Translations under genes and position numbers: made by a program
In this document: one piece after another, positions 1-8,892 of the stretch
Layout of the letters: each line of letters opens with the position of its first letter
How positions within the stretch are numbered: the stretch's first letter is position 1
Source of the DNA: Bacillota bacterium
GTDB lineage: Bacteria > Bacillota > UBA5301 > JAMCQP01
Assembly: GCA_023381695.1 (NCBI GenBank)
Contig: JAMCQP010000117.1
Location: 10,489 to 74,488, forward strand
Direction of reading: 5' to 3'
Length of the DNA: 64,000 nucleotides
The notes under the pieces: model-generated
What the model was told of the DNA's origin: nothing
What the model saw: only the letters and a program-made list of their open reading frames with translations
Database searches by the model: none

Positions 1-210
1 TTGGCCATCGCCAATTACATAATCGATCTGGCGCACGTTTTAAAACCAGGATCTTCCCTATCCCTTTTGCCCCACTGATCCCGGCTCACGATCAACTAAC
101 AATGAGATACACCTCCATGACGTCTCATGCAAATCAGGAATTGCAAAGAGCACCCTGTTAAACCGATATCTTAAAGGATGGAAGGCTTTGTCAAGCTGGG
201 AAAGATCAGG

Positions 211-251
211 TTGACAAACCAGATAGTACTAATTATAATAATAAGTACTAT
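211..251 (+). promoter_or_regulatory. Consensus sigma70/SigA promoter overlapped by an inverted repeat (candidate MarR operator)
   Basis: TTGACA 211-216, 17-bp spacer, TATAAT 234-239; ATAGTACT 223-230 / AGTACTAT 244-251. Confidence 0.8.
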
Positions 252-708
252 GATATTTGAGAGCGGCGTAACGCGCCTTTTCGAACTGATTGCGGCCATT
301 AACATCAAAACGACCCGTCTGGTTGAGAAAAAGCTCAAGAAGTTCGGCTTGACTTATCCGCAATTTGGCGCCCTTTTTGCCCTTTCCAACCGCGAGGGAT
401 TACGCCAAAACGAACTTGCCGGCGTCCTGGATATCGACACCACCACCGTCATGGTGATCTGCGACGGCCTGGAGAAGAAGGAGTTGCTCAGGCGCGCCAG
501 GGACGAGCATGATCGCCGGGCTTACCGGCTATTTCTGACCTGGTCCGGAAAGGAACTGTTAAAAGCAGCCGTGCCTGAAATAACCGAGGTCTATCTTCCC
601 ATTGCCAACATGGTGTCCGGGGACGAGGTCGAACAGATCATCCCGGTTTTGGAGCGAATGGCCGTAAAAGTAAGGGCCGAAACTGAATCATACCGTAATG
701 GTTCATGA
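250..708 (+). CDS. MarR-family transcriptional regulator
   Basis: LTYPQFGALFAL...QNELAGVLDIDTTTVMVICDGLEKKELLRR...DRRAYRLFLT winged-HTH pattern. The ORF track starts at 178, but the promoter lies inside that extension, so ATG 250 is preferred. Confidence 0.88.
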   Translation: MIFESGVTRLFELIAAINIKTTRLVEKKLKKFGLTYPQFGALFALSNREGLRQNELAGVLDIDTTTVMVICDGLEKKELLRRARDEHDRRAYRLFLTWSGKELLKAAVPEITEVYLPIANMVSGDEVEQIIPVLERMAVKVRAETESYRNGS

Positions 709-1723
709 AGTGGCGGGGTATCTCCACAAGCAACTATTCCCAGCGCTTCCAGAACCTTTTCTTAAAAGAGGCTTTCTTTGAGGCTTTTGCAGGAAAAATG
801 GACATGCCAGTTCTGGGGATGCTCACGACGCTGGGCTGGCTGAACAACAAAGCTGCCGGGTACCCTTTGGGCGGCTCCCTGGAGTTTTCTCGGGCCATGG
901 AGCGGCGTTACATGGGACTGGGTGGCGAGATCGCCTACCAGTCGCGGGTGGTGAAGATCCTGGTAGAGAAAGACCGCGCCGTGGGAGTCCGGCTCGCCGA
1001 CGGCAGCGAACACCGCGCCGATTGGGTTATCTCCGCCGCGGACGGGCATACCACCATCTTCGAGATGCTGGATGGGAAATATGCGGACAAAAAAATCCGG
1101 GGGTACTATGAGAACCTCCCCCTCTTCGAGCCGCTGATCTATGTCGGCCTGGGTGTGAACGGCACTTTCAACGATTTCCCAAGTTCCGTGGGGGGGTTGA
1201 ATTTCCCCCTGGCGGAAACTGTTCCTCTTGGTGGTAAGGAAGTCAACCGTCTGGGGGTCACGATCTATAACTTCGACCCATCGCTGGCCCCTCCCGGCCA
1301 GACCACTCTAAAAGTAATGTTCCCCGTGAATTACGACTGGTGGAAAACGCTCGCGCAGGACCCCGCCCGCTACCGTGCGGAAAGGAACGGATCGTGGACC
1401 TGGTGGTGGCTCTTCTCGACCGGCGCTTTCCGGGCCTGGCGGCCCAGGTGGAGATGCGTGACGTGGCCACCCCGCTGACCTTCGAGCGCTACACCGGCAA
1501 CTGGCGCGGCAGCTACGAGGGGTGGCTCATGACCACCAAGACCTTCGGGCTGAAGATGCCGAAAACCCTCCCGGGCCTGGGCAATTTCTACATGGCCGGG
1601 CAGTGGGTTGAACCGGGCGGTGGACTGCCCCCCGCGGCCATATCCGGGCGGAACGCCGTTCGAAAGATCTGCAAAAAGGACGGGAAAAGGTTCAGGACCA
1701 TCCGGGATTGGTCCCTGAATTAA
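705..1723 (+). pseudogene. Phytoene dehydrogenase-like FAD oxidoreductase, 5'-deleted and frameshifted
   Basis: Frame 1 has YPLGGSLEFSRAM...ADWVISAADG; frame 2 continues VATPLTFERYTGNWRGSYEGW...NFYMAGQWVEPGGGLP. One A is missing at about 1381-1385 (RYRAE-K-ERIV). No N-terminal GxGxxG motif; in-frame stop at 696-698. Confidence 0.8.
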
Positions 1724-1842
1724 AAATATGCGCTGGGTCTCGTTGGAAGATCTAAGGCACAAATTGCGATTCGAGAGAGACTCATTTTACCCGATGCACA
1801 TAACAACTCTGGAGCACTACCTCTTATTTAAAAGAAATAACA

Positions 1843-2646
1843 CTAGGAACCTACTGTGAAGACTGCCACATCGGGGGTGTCCAGAAACTCCCACTCCCCC
1901 GTAACACCGGCGGCCAGGGCTCCAATTTCGAGGTGCATCATCGCCATCCCGCAGTCCATCTGCTTCGGCGCCCCTTTGACCTCCCTGCTCTCAGGGTCAA
2001 TGGAAACCCTAATACTGTTTGGCCCGATCGTAAACCGCCAGGGCTGCCGGTTATACGCCGAAGGAGCAAGCCGAGCGGCTTCCAGGGCCACCCTCGCCCA
2101 CCGGGGACTGGATGACAATGGCATGCTGTCCGCTGACAGCAACTCTTCCAGCGGCTTTCTCGTTCTCGACTTGCTGACCATGGTATTGAAGAACGTTTCG
2201 ACAAGCCAGGCCTGGCCCTCGTACCCCAGGGGTGAAACGGCGAATATCTTCTCCGCAGGCTCCAGATTGACAGACTTTGCCGCCTCCTCCGGCCTGAAGG
2301 TGGCGCTTACCCAGCAAGTCGACAAACCGCTGGAGGCTGCCGTCAGCACAACGTACTCGCCCAGGTAACCGGCCGCCTCTTCAATGTGTGGGGCCGCCGT
2401 ATCGCCCACCATGGCCAGAAACGCCGGAACACCCTTTATTGCCAGCCCCGTGAAGACACGGTCGGCCGGACCCGGTGCCAGGATCACCCGCGCTCCCTTC
2501 GCCAGCTCCAGCCGTTCGGCGCACGCACGCCTCATAGCCTGAAGGTGGTCCTCCGCAAGGGGCATCCCATTATAGGCTCGCGTTGAATGCCGCACCGCTA
2601 TTGCCTTATATAGATTAGAGTAATTTGGGATCGACATCTGCTCCAT
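1843..2646 (-). CDS. Nitroreductase-family protein (tandem domain type)
   Basis: AIAVRHSTRAY, LEAARLAPSAYNRQPWRF, MDCGMAMMHL. Confidence 0.88.
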   Translation of the reverse strand: MEQMSIPNYSNLYKAIAVRHSTRAYNGMPLAEDHLQAMRRACAERLELAKGARVILAPGPADRVFTGLAIKGVPAFLAMVGDTAAPHIEEAAGYLGEYVVLTAASSGLSTCWVSATFRPEEAAKSVNLEPAEKIFAVSPLGYEGQAWLVETFFNTMVSKSRTRKPLEELLSADSMPLSSSPRWARVALEAARLAPSAYNRQPWRFTIGPNSIRVSIDPESREVKGAPKQMDCGMAMMHLEIGALAAGVTGEWEFLDTPDVAVFTVGS

Positions 2647-2688
2647 CTCCTTTTGGCCAACCTGTCTGAATATCCGTCTCAGGCAATT

Positions 2689-2751
2689 CTACTTCTTCCT
2701 GGCAATCAAATGCGTGAACATTGCCATGCCAAATGACGTGGTGGACAACAT
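2689..2751 (-). CDS. Candidate 20-aa small ORF MLSTTSFGMAMFTHLIARKK upstream of the nitroreductase
   Basis: GGGAGG RBS 6 nt before ATG 2751; TAG at 2689-2691; too short for the ORF track. Confidence 0.4.
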   Translation of the reverse strand: MLSTTSFGMAMFTHLIARKK

Positions 2752-2889
2752 ATGGATTCCTCCCATGAGATGGACAGCTGGACAGGTTTAGGGTCGTGGA
2801 AAAGATTCGCGCTCAAAGGGCATTCTACCTCTTTGTGATTCAAACAAAAGGTGATCTCAGGCTCCCCGCAGTATCTTCGAGCCATGTCA

Positions 2890-2933
2890 AGATAAGGTTA
2901 GGGCTCGCCCCCGGGCGAGCCCTAACCTTATCT
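2890..2933. terminator. Perfect 21-bp inverted repeat, probable terminator of the 2981-4156 gene
   Basis: AGATAAGGTTAGGGCTCGCCC-CC-GGGCGAGCCCTAACCTTATCT; no clean U-tract. Confidence 0.55.
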
Positions 2934-2980
2934 CCATTTTCTGTTGCCTAAGTACTCAAGTTATCCCAAGTTAACCTGAT

Positions 2981-4156
2981 CTACCCCACCAGATCGATTT
3001 GTTGGAGGCTACCTGCGCTTCCGTTCTGGCTTAGATAAATCCCGAACCGGTTTGTCTGACCCACCAGCGCGTTATTCTGGTCTTTAAGATCAAACCGCGA
3101 GTTGATGTAGCCGAGGTACAGGGCGCCAACACCCAGATTTTTCAACGGCGCTACAATGTCGTTTCCCTGGGAGTCCCTGGACCAGACGGACAGTTTGTTG
3201 TAGATGGGATCGTTTTCGTCGATCCACCGGTTGCCGTCGGCGTCGTAGGCGGCCAGTTCCGCAAGGCCGTTCCCTGTTTGCGGGCCGAAGAGTTCGCCGC
3301 CGTTGTTAATCTTTCCGTCGCCGTTGGCGTCCAGCGCCAGAAAACCGCTGCCGGGCTTGACGAAGTGAACCTGCTCATCATTCCCATCGGCATTCAGGTC
3401 AAAGGCGAAGGCCATGCCCGTCAACTCCGTGGCCAGCCCGTTGAAATTGATAACCAGCGGATCGACCTTCTTGGCGTCGCCCGCCCGGAAGGTAAATTCC
3501 CGTTCGGAGGCGAATTCCCGGCTGGCCGAAAGTCGGAGGGAAAACACCATCTCCTTGCCGTCTTTCGTTCTGATGACGCCTTCCGCGGCAAACGACACCT
3601 CCTGCTTTTCCGAATATGTCTCGCGGGCGGAATAGATGATTCCCCAGCCGTGGTCCGCTTCTCGGGATGAAGGCGCGGTTTCCGGAGAATTCACGGGATC
3701 CGCTGATTCCGCGGGATCCGCGGGGACGGGCTTGTCTTCTTTTAATTCGTCCATGGTAAGAATCCGGATCTTCCTGCCGGTGAACGATTCCACGATCAGT
3801 TTGATCAACTCAAGTTTGGGATCCAGTTCAGGGCCGTCATCATTTTCGCTGACGCCTTCCTGCGCGTTGACCGCCAGATCCTTCTTCTGAACTGAAAGGG
3901 CCTGCTTTTGATCTGCAAGGGCCTTGCCTTCGTCGGATAGCGCCAAGCGGTCCATAAAACGGTCATCCGGGGCAAGTCTGTTCGGGGGAAGTCCATCTAG
4001 TGTAAGGCTGTTTGAGGCAAGGCTATTCGGGATGGGGTTTGGGCGTGCTCCTGGCGGGCGGTCGCCGATCCAGACGGTTAGCGTCTCCGTCTGGGTTTGC
4101 CGGGCGGTATACCGGTAGCCGGCGGACATCGAAATGTTTGCCTCCGTGATAAACAT
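2981..4156 (-). CDS. Conserved hypothetical protein with C-terminal DxDxDG (Ca-binding, VCBS/FG-GAP-like) motifs
   Basis: FDLNADGNDE, LDANGDGKINNGGELFG, YDADGNRWIDEND; RBS GGGAGGGTG; no signal peptide. Confidence 0.75.
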   Translation of the reverse strand: MFITEANISMSAGYRYTARQTQTETLTVWIGDRPPGARPNPIPNSLASNSLTLDGLPPNRLAPDDRFMDRLALSDEGKALADQKQALSVQKKDLAVNAQEGVSENDDGPELDPKLELIKLIVESFTGRKIRILTMDELKEDKPVPADPAESADPVNSPETAPSSREADHGWGIIYSARETYSEKQEVSFAAEGVIRTKDGKEMVFSLRLSASREFASEREFTFRAGDAKKVDPLVINFNGLATELTGMAFAFDLNADGNDEQVHFVKPGSGFLALDANGDGKINNGGELFGPQTGNGLAELAAYDADGNRWIDENDPIYNKLSVWSRDSQGNDIVAPLKNLGVGALYLGYINSRFDLKDQNNALVGQTNRFGIYLSQNGSAGSLQQIDLVG

Positions 4157-4203
4157 CTTTCATCACCCTCCCTGGCAATGTGATCGTAACCCGTTCAATA
4201 ATG

Positions 4204-4230
4204 TTATCGGTAGTTTATGGAGAAAAATTA
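4204..4230 (-). promoter_or_regulatory. Candidate sigma28 (FliA/SigD) promoter
   Basis: Minus strand TAAT-N15-ACCGATAA versus consensus TAAA-N15-GCCGATAA, about 50 bp upstream of the 4156 start. Confidence 0.5.
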
Positions 4231-4232
4231 AC

Positions 4233-4261
4233 TTGCCAGCGCTGGCAATTCATGCTATCAT
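4233..4261 (+). promoter_or_regulatory. SigA-type promoter for the rsgA leader with a 16-bp palindrome over the -35
   Basis: TTGCCA-17-TATCAT; TTGCCAGCGCTGGCAA at 4233-4248 is a perfect palindrome. Confidence 0.55.
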
Positions 4262-4309
4262 AAGCGTGTAATAGCAGATCGTCCCGCCACCGGAAGGGAG
4301 TGAGGCAGT

Positions 4310-4378
4310 ATGAAAGTTATGCAACGGCAGTCTATATTCGGCCTTTCCCTGCCCTCGCCCGGTGGTATGTCTCATTAG
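4310..4378 (+). CDS. Candidate leader peptide MKVMQRQSIFGLSLPSPGGMSH (22 aa)
   Basis: RBS GGGAGTGAGG 4296-4305, ATG 4310, TAG 4376-4378; followed by alternative hairpins. Confidence 0.5.
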   Translation: MKVMQRQSIFGLSLPSPGGMSH

Positions 4379-4536
4379 TGCGCTACCCGCTACCTTCGAA
4401 AGTGCAGCGCACTGGCGCACTTCCTGACATGCGCTTTGAGCTTGGCCAACGAGCCCCGGGCAGGGAGACAAAACCACCCGGGGCATTGCTATGCCCTGCA
4501 TCATGGCCATGCCCCGCATGTTGAGGAGGAATCCTG

Positions 4537-5676
4537 TTGAACCTGGAATTTTTGGAGTCCATGGGGTGGAACCCCCATTTTCAGCGCGCCTTTGAACCTT
4601 ACGCCGGCTCCGGCTGTCTGGCGGCCAGAGTCGCTTCCGAGTATCAGGACATCTACCGCCTCTACACGGAACAGGGGGAGGTTCTGGCAAAAGTTTCCGG
4701 CAAGCTGCGATTTCAGGCCCGGGGCCGGCAAGACTTTCCCGCGGTCGGAGACTGGGTGGCGATAAACACCGGTGCGAACGGCGCTCCGGCGGAAAACGAG
4801 GTTGCAAACCAAACAGCCATAAATCCGAGCCAGGCGGCTATCACCCCGAACCAGGCGGTCACCATCCAGGCCGTCCTGCCCCGGCGCAGCAAGTTTTCCC
4901 GGAAGTTGGCCGGAAGGACCACGGAGGAACAAGTGGTCGCCGCCAACGTGAATACCGTCTTTTTGGTCACCGCCTTGAACGGCGATTTCAATCCAAGGAG
5001 GATGGAGCGCTACCTCACCATGGCCTGGGAGAGCGGCGCCAACCCGGTGATCATCCTGAACAAGGCCGACCTGTGCGACAATGTCGAGTTGAAAATAGCG
5101 GAATCAGCAGCGGTGGCCATCGGGGCGCCCATCCACGCCATCAGCTGCACCCGGGAAGAGGGCCTCGACGCCCTGGCCCCTTATCTGAAGAAGGGATGCA
5201 CGGTCGCCCTGCTGGGTTCCTCGGGGGTGGGCAAGTCCACCCTGGTCAATCGCCTTGTGGGAGACGACATCAGGCAGGTCAGGGACGTCCGGGGCGGAGA
5301 CGACCGCGGGCGGCATACCACCACCAACCGCGATCTGATCCGTTTGCCCCAGGGCGGCCTGATCATCGATACGCCGGGGATGCGTGAATTGCAGCTCTGG
5401 GATGCCGATAAGGGTCTCCAGGACACTTTCGAGGACATCGCCGCCCTGGCTGGACAATGCCGCTTTCGCGACTGCCGGCACCGGAGCGAACCCGGCTGCG
5501 CGGTGCAGGAAGCCCTCATTTCGGGGGAACTTGACTCCGGCCGTTATGAAAGCTACCGGAAGCTGCAAAAGGAACTGGCCTATCTGGACCGCAAGGAAGA
5601 TCCCGCGGAACAGCGCACCGAAAAAGAACGGTGGAAGAAGATCCACCAGGCTGCAAAAAAGATCAGGCCCCGGTAA
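4537..5676 (+). CDS. rsgA: Ribosome small subunit-dependent GTPase A (long RsgA paralog type)
   Basis: Circularly permuted GTPase [22 protein letters not shown]; Zn finger [14 protein letters not shown]; TTG start with GAGGAGG. Confidence 0.95.
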   Translation: MNLEFLESMGWNPHFQRAFEPYAGSGCLAARVASEYQDIYRLYTEQGEVLAKVSGKLRFQARGRQDFPAVGDWVAINTGANGAPAENEVANQTAINPSQAAITPNQAVTIQAVLPRRSKFSRKLAGRTTEEQVVAANVNTVFLVTALNGDFNPRRMERYLTMAWESGANPVIILNKADLCDNVELKIAESAAVAIGAPIHAISCTREEGLDALAPYLKKGCTVALLGSSGVGKSTLVNRLVGDDIRQVRDVRGGDDRGRHTTTNRDLIRLPQGGLIIDTPGMRELQLWDADKGLQDTFEDIAALAGQCRFRDCRHRSEPGCAVQEALISGELDSGRYESYRKLQKELAYLDRKEDPAEQRTEKERWKKIHQAAKKIRPR

Positions 5677-5769
5677 GCCCTACATGCGGACAAACATTAT
5701 GCTCATGGGGCACACGTAAGTCTTGCCGGCGTTTAGCACGCTGGGCTATTGCGGAACGGAGGGTTTCTC

Positions 5770-6501
5770 TTGGAAAAAAGGCATTTACCAAACGCAAACA
5801 TCATCGCCCTCATCTGCCTGGCGGCCCTGTTGATCGGGCTCGTGGCTCCGGGCGTCGCGAGGGCCGGCGCTCCCGCGGATCGGATCAGCGAATCGGTGCG
5901 GGTGTTGCGAGAGATGTCCGAGCAATCTGACGTGGAAGCCATGGCCCGGCTCCTGAAAAACGCGAAGGGCATCGCCGTCTTCCCATCGGTACTAAAGGCG
6001 GGAATCATGATTGGGGGAAGATACGGCCAGGGTCTGGTCTTGCGGCGCGATCCGGAAAAAGGGGAATGGTACGGTCCCGATTTTGTGGAAATCAAGGGCG
6101 TCTCTTACGGGCCCCAATTCGGCTTTCAGTCCACCGCTCTTGTGCTGGTCATCGCCAACGAAAAGGGAATGGAAGGTTTTACAGGAGACAAGGTCACTTT
6201 AGGCGGCGATCTGGCGGTTGCCGTCGGCCCCCTTGGGCGCCAGGCCGGGGCGGCGACGGATGTGGATCTCAAAGCATCCATCTACAGCTATTCCATGAGC
6301 AAGGGAATCTTTGCGGGGGCTTCATTGGAGGGGGCGGTCATCAGACCCGACAAGCCGGCAAACGAGTTATACTGGAAATCGGCGCTCCGGCCCGATGAGA
6401 TACTTGCCCGCAAGACGACCGATCCCCGGGTTCAACCCCTCATCAAGGAAATAGACCACATCCTGCTGAAATTGAGCGGCGGCGCCGATTTAAAGCTCTG
6501 A
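5770..6501 (+). CDS. Secreted lipid-binding SYLF (Ysc84) domain protein
   Basis: Signal peptide; AKGIAVFPSVLKAG..GGRYGQG, GFQSTALVLV, SYSMSKGIFAGASLEG; TTG 5770 after GGAGG (ORF track starts at 5749). Confidence 0.88.
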   Translation: MEKRHLPNANIIALICLAALLIGLVAPGVARAGAPADRISESVRVLREMSEQSDVEAMARLLKNAKGIAVFPSVLKAGIMIGGRYGQGLVLRRDPEKGEWYGPDFVEIKGVSYGPQFGFQSTALVLVIANEKGMEGFTGDKVTLGGDLAVAVGPLGRQAGAATDVDLKASIYSYSMSKGIFAGASLEGAVIRPDKPANELYWKSALRPDEILARKTTDPRVQPLIKEIDHILLKLSGGADLKL

Positions 6502-6519
6502 CCCCGGGAAAATAACTCA

Positions 6520-6582
6520 GCCCAACCAGGTGAAACTGGCTTGAAAATACGCCAGTTCCGCTCGGTTGGGCCTTAAATTTTT
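6520..6582 (+). terminator. Nested hairpin terminator
   Basis: GCCCAACC 6520-6527 / GGTTGGGC 6564-6571 enclosing AACTGGC/GCCAGTT, then an AT/T run. Confidence 0.5.
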
Positions 6583-6600
6583 CTGGATTCCTTTACGATA

Positions 6601-6630
6601 TTGACACGGCTTGTGATATGTGATATATCA
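6601..6630 (+). promoter_or_regulatory. Promoter/operator of the GntR operon
   Basis: TTGACA at 6601, tandem TGTGATA x2, palindrome TGATATATCA 6621-6630. Confidence 0.5.
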
Positions 6631-6648
6631 GAAGTAGGTGAGCAACGC

Positions 6649-7317
6649 GTGGACCGCCGTTTAACAAATAGCAGCCTGGTCGAACAGATCCGCAACATCC
6701 TCCGCGAGGATATTGTAAACCTGCGCCTGGCGCCAGGTGAAAAACTCAACGTCATAGCGCTTGCGGAGCATTTCGGCGTCAGCCGGACCCCCATCCGGGA
6801 CGCTCTCCAGTTGCTTGTGGAGGAAGGCCTGGTGATCGTTGTCCCGCGGGTCGGGTACTATGTAGTCCAGTTGTCGGCGGAAGATGTCCGGGAGATCTCC
6901 GGGATCCGCAAGATGATGGAACTATACGCCTTTAACCTGGCCATGCAACATCTCACCCCGGAAAAGATCGAGGAGATGTACCAGGAAGCCCTGGCTGTCA
7001 AAGACCTCCCAAGCGAAAAGCGGCACCCCGCCTTTGAGAAGTTGGATCGCACCTTCCATGCGGATATCATTCGTTTTGCCGGCAACAGGCACCTGCTCGA
7101 ACTTTCGGCCAAGATCCACGCCTACTTTGATCTGATGCGCAACCTCAACGTTCGCGTCGAAGAGGCCCTGGAGGAGCATCTGGCCATTCTCCGGGCCATG
7201 CGAAACGGCGATGTGACGGAAGCGCAGAAAATGCTCGAAATACATCTTGATACCGTGACAAAAGCAATTTTGGCCATCATCCCGGACCGGACGGGCCGTG
7301 AAACGGGCCGTGAGTAA
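6649..7317 (+). CDS. GntR-family regulator with FCD domain
   Basis: LAPGEKLNVIALAEHFGVSRTPIRDAL; LDRTFHADI...HLAIL; GTG 6649. Confidence 0.92.
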   Translation: MDRRLTNSSLVEQIRNILREDIVNLRLAPGEKLNVIALAEHFGVSRTPIRDALQLLVEEGLVIVVPRVGYYVVQLSAEDVREISGIRKMMELYAFNLAMQHLTPEKIEEMYQEALAVKDLPSEKRHPAFEKLDRTFHADIIRFAGNRHLLELSAKIHAYFDLMRNLNVRVEEALEEHLAILRAMRNGDVTEAQKMLEIHLDTVTKAILAIIPDRTGRETGRE

Positions 7318-7380
7318 GTAACCTCTCTGCAGGTCTGAGATCCGGAAACCAATTTTACTTATCAATTTGTCCTTTTCGAG

Positions 7381-8706
7381 GTGGAGAGGTTGAACAATCA
7401 ATTTGGCTCATCGAGCCTGTCTGGTCCGCGCTGGCTTTATCCCCCGGAAGCGGCCTCCGGCCTGCGGCCGGAGGGGCTTGAAATACCGCTCCCACTGGGG
7501 CGCTGGGTGCGCCAGCGTTTTGATGCCAGCCACGTGGAGGATCTTCGCCAGGTGGTTCAAGAGCAATTCAGGCAATACGAACTTGCCGCGAGAATCCCAC
7601 ACGGTGGGCGGATTGCCATCGCCGTGGGCAGCAGGGGCCTGGCGCGCCTGCCGGAGATTGTGGCCGCGGTGGCCGAAGCGGTAAGGAAGTGCGGCGCCGA
7701 ACCTTTCGTGGTGCCGGCGATGGGCAGCCACGGCGGCGCCACCGCGGCAGGCCAGCGGCAAATTCTGGCCGATTACGGCGTCAGCGAATCCGCCCTGGGG
7801 ATCGAAGTGCGGGCTTCCATGGATGTGGTGGAGGTGGGCCGCCTTCCCTCGGGCATGCCCGTCTTCTTCGACCGGGAAGCCTTTCAAGCCGACGGCGTGA
7901 TTGTCATCAACCGGGTCAAGCCCCATACCTGCTTCAGGGGCGCGACCGAGAGCGGCCTGATCAAGATGCTCACCATCGGTCTCGGCAAACACAAGGGGGC
8001 CAGCATGCTTCACACCGTGGGATTTCCCCAGTTCTCCCGCCTGCTTCCCGAGGCGGCCGGGCTGATCCTGTCCAGGGCGCGTGTTCTTTGCGGCGTGGCC
8101 AGCATTGAGAATGCCTTTGAAGATGTGGCGGCCCTGGAAGTCATCCCTGCGGAGAGAATTCTGCAACGCGAGCCCGAACTGCTGCGCATCGCGCGGGAAA
8201 AGATGGGGCGAATCCTCCTCGACTCCTGCGACGTGCTGATTGTGGACGAGATCGGCAAGAACATCAGCGGCGACGGTATGGACCCCAACGTGACGGGGCG
8301 CTACTCCGAGCCCACCATGAGCGGAGCGGGAGGCCTCCAGGCCCAAAAAGTGGTGGTCCTCCGCCTGACCCCGGAGTCCCATGGCAACGCCAGCGGCATC
8401 GGCGTCGCGGATATAATTACCCAGAGGGCCTTTGAGGAGATCGACTTTGTTTCAACGTACACCAATGCGGTAACCTCCACGGTGTTGAGTTCCGTCCGGA
8501 TTCCCGTGGTGGTTCCCACGGCACGGCAGGCCGCGGCCCTGGCTCTCCTCACGGTCAACGGGACTACGCCGGAAAAGGCCAGAGTGGTGCGGATCACCAA
8601 TACTTTACAGCTGGAGCGCATCTGGGTTTCCGAAAGTCTTTGGCAGGAAATAGCGGCGCGTCCCGAATTCGAGGCGCTGACCGAACCTTATCCTCTGGAA
8701 CTTTAA
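7381..8706 (+). CDS. Lactate racemase (LarA N-terminal / DUF2088)-like protein
   Basis: IAIAVGSRG, VVPAMGSHGGAT, INRVKPHT, GLGKHKGA, GKNISGDGMDPNVTGR. Confidence 0.75.
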   Translation: MERLNNQFGSSSLSGPRWLYPPEAASGLRPEGLEIPLPLGRWVRQRFDASHVEDLRQVVQEQFRQYELAARIPHGGRIAIAVGSRGLARLPEIVAAVAEAVRKCGAEPFVVPAMGSHGGATAAGQRQILADYGVSESALGIEVRASMDVVEVGRLPSGMPVFFDREAFQADGVIVINRVKPHTCFRGATESGLIKMLTIGLGKHKGASMLHTVGFPQFSRLLPEAAGLILSRARVLCGVASIENAFEDVAALEVIPAERILQREPELLRIAREKMGRILLDSCDVLIVDEIGKNISGDGMDPNVTGRYSEPTMSGAGGLQAQKVVVLRLTPESHGNASGIGVADIITQRAFEEIDFVSTYTNAVTSTVLSSVRIPVVVPTARQAAALALLTVNGTTPEKARVVRITNTLQLERIWVSESLWQEIAARPEFEALTEPYPLEL

Positions 8707-8892
8707 ATTATCTTGACCGATAACCGAACTTTAGCAAATTATCCGGGACTTAGCAAATCCTCTGGGTCTGAACGACAACTCAAAGGGGGTGAACGGAAGG
8801 CTTACATCCAGGAAATAGAACCACAGATAGACGAACCACGGTTAGAAGGAACACCGTCGGGACAACACAAAACTTGTTAAGGAGGCAAACTT

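Noticed and set aside
1-120. Gene running off the left edge
   Set aside because: A GGAGGTG RBS is present on the minus strand, but the frames from nearby starts close quickly; too little evidence
1375-1390. Programmed frameshift in the oxidoreductase
   Set aside because: No slippery heptamer, and the gene also lacks its FAD-binding N-terminus
4243-4260. Sigma54 promoter (TGGCA)
   Set aside because: No GC at the required -12 spacing on either strand
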